A stretch of DNA of 64,000 nucleotides, taken from Candidatus Bathyarchaeia archaeon (lineage in GTDB: Archaea > Thermoproteota > Bathyarchaeia > Bathyarchaeales > Bathycorpusculaceae). The stretch spans positions 170,083-234,082 of the forward strand of contig JAVZNZ010000002.1 of NCBI GenBank assembly GCA_038882575.1, read 5' to 3'. A program made the translations under genes and the position numbers. The notes beneath the pieces were generated by a model that saw nothing but the letters and a program-made list of their open reading frames with translations, was not told the origin of the DNA and ran no database searches. Of the stretch, positions 63,579 to 64,000 are shown in pieces (the first letter of the stretch is position 1; each line of letters starts with the position of its first letter).

Positions 63579-64000
63579 ATGGATTCCGCAAAAGTTAAAG
63601 CGACAAAACCTGCAAAAGGCAGCAACACCTTGTTCCCAACAATTTTTAAAGGGTTCGGCCTTTTACGCTCTAATCTGAGGCTGACGTCTGGGCTTATTTT
63701 AATCCTTTTTATCATATTGGTTGGGCTGCTTGCCCCAGTTATAACCTGGTATCCTCCCCTTAAGACTTTGGTTGGTGGAAGCCTGTTACCCCCCAATTTG
63801 CAGCATCCCTTTGGAACAGACGACCTTGGGAGGGACATCTACACAAACGTTATCTACGGCATTAGGACGTCATTTTTGGTTGGCGTAAGTTCAGTTCTTA
63901 TTGCAGTAATCCTCGGAAGCCTGATCGGTTTAGCAGCCGGATACTATGGCGGTTTAATAGAGGATTTACTGATGAGAATAACGGACATGACGTTGATTAT
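63579..64000 (+). CDS. Opp/Dpp-type ABC permease (OppC/DppC-like), 3'-truncated by the window end
   Basis: Hand translation MDSAKVKATKPAKGSNTLFPTIFKGFGLLRSN...HPFGTDDLGRDIYTNVIYGIRTSF..., the conserved OppC N-terminal motif. The ORF runs off the window. Confidence 0.8.
   Translation, partial: MDSAKVKATKPAKGSNTLFPTIFKGFGLLRSNLRLTSGLILILFIILVGLLAPVITWYPPLKTLVGGSLLPPNLQHPFGTDDLGRDIYTNVIYGIRTSFLVGVSSVLIAVILGSLIGLAAGYYGGLIEDLLMRITDMTLI

Noticed and set aside
1-64000. CRISPR arrays, transposases, integrases, IS elements or long tandem/inverted repeats
   Set aside because: Reading through the intergenic spacers and ORF translations revealed no repeat-spacer periodicity and no recognisable recombinase/transposase motifs. 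The only repeat-like signal is the 10-nt tRNA 3'-end match reported separately.

Overview
Archaeal chromosomal window. It encodes a family-B DNA polymerase, archaeal DnaG, Pelota, alpha/beta PheRS, archaeal-type TrpRS and TyrRS, a Fap7-like kinase, RNase P RNA, an unlinked 5S rRNA and a tRNA-Trp with two introns. The gene content (corrinoid methyltransferase pair, AOR-type aldehyde:ferredoxin oxidoreductase, acyl-CoA genes, peptide uptake) and the multi-intron tRNA suggest an anaerobic TACK/Thermoproteota-type lineage such as Bathyarchaeia; this is inference only. Layout: (1) 0.1-23.6 kb is metabolic: an acyl-CoA/beta-oxidation-like block, a Liv-type ABC importer whose ATPases sit in an operon with a corrinoid protein and a UroD-family methyltransferase, AOR plus a MoaD-like gene, an ABC-2 exporter and an enolase-superfamily epimerase. 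(2) 23.6-32.9 kb looks accessory: a frameshifted SAM methyltransferase, PadR, a decayed DUF4258/DUF2283 pair abutting tRNA-Trp, two paralogous nucleotidyltransferase-fold proteins (one in an operon with a metallophosphoesterase), an APC permease, vapBC and 5S rRNA. (3) 32.9-54 kb is housekeeping: aaRS genes, MetAP, DnaG, PolB, Pelota, a TtuA-like thiolase, a ZIP transporter and RNase P RNA. (4) 54-64 kb is an Opp/Dpp peptide transporter with two Asp/Glu/hydantoin-racemase-family genes, DUF917, AroM-like and M29-like genes. No CRISPR array, transposase or integrase was seen. Most interesting observations: an HMG-CoA-synthase-like domain that has lost all three catalytic residues and is fused to DUF35, next to a thiolase; a dockerin-tagged solute-binding protein; the NTase-paralog/phosphoesterase module; an unidentified G+C-rich structured RNA candidate at about 42.4-42.6 kb; an in-frame TGA in a CxxCxGxG membrane protein; a PolB with degenerate exonuclease motifs; and a DnaG whose conserved N-terminus has no in-frame start codon. 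There are three reading-frame lesions (23.86 kb, 42.82 kb, 45.1 kb), so sequence or assembly quality should be checked before interpreting them biologically. All family assignments come from motif recognition by eye; no searches were run.
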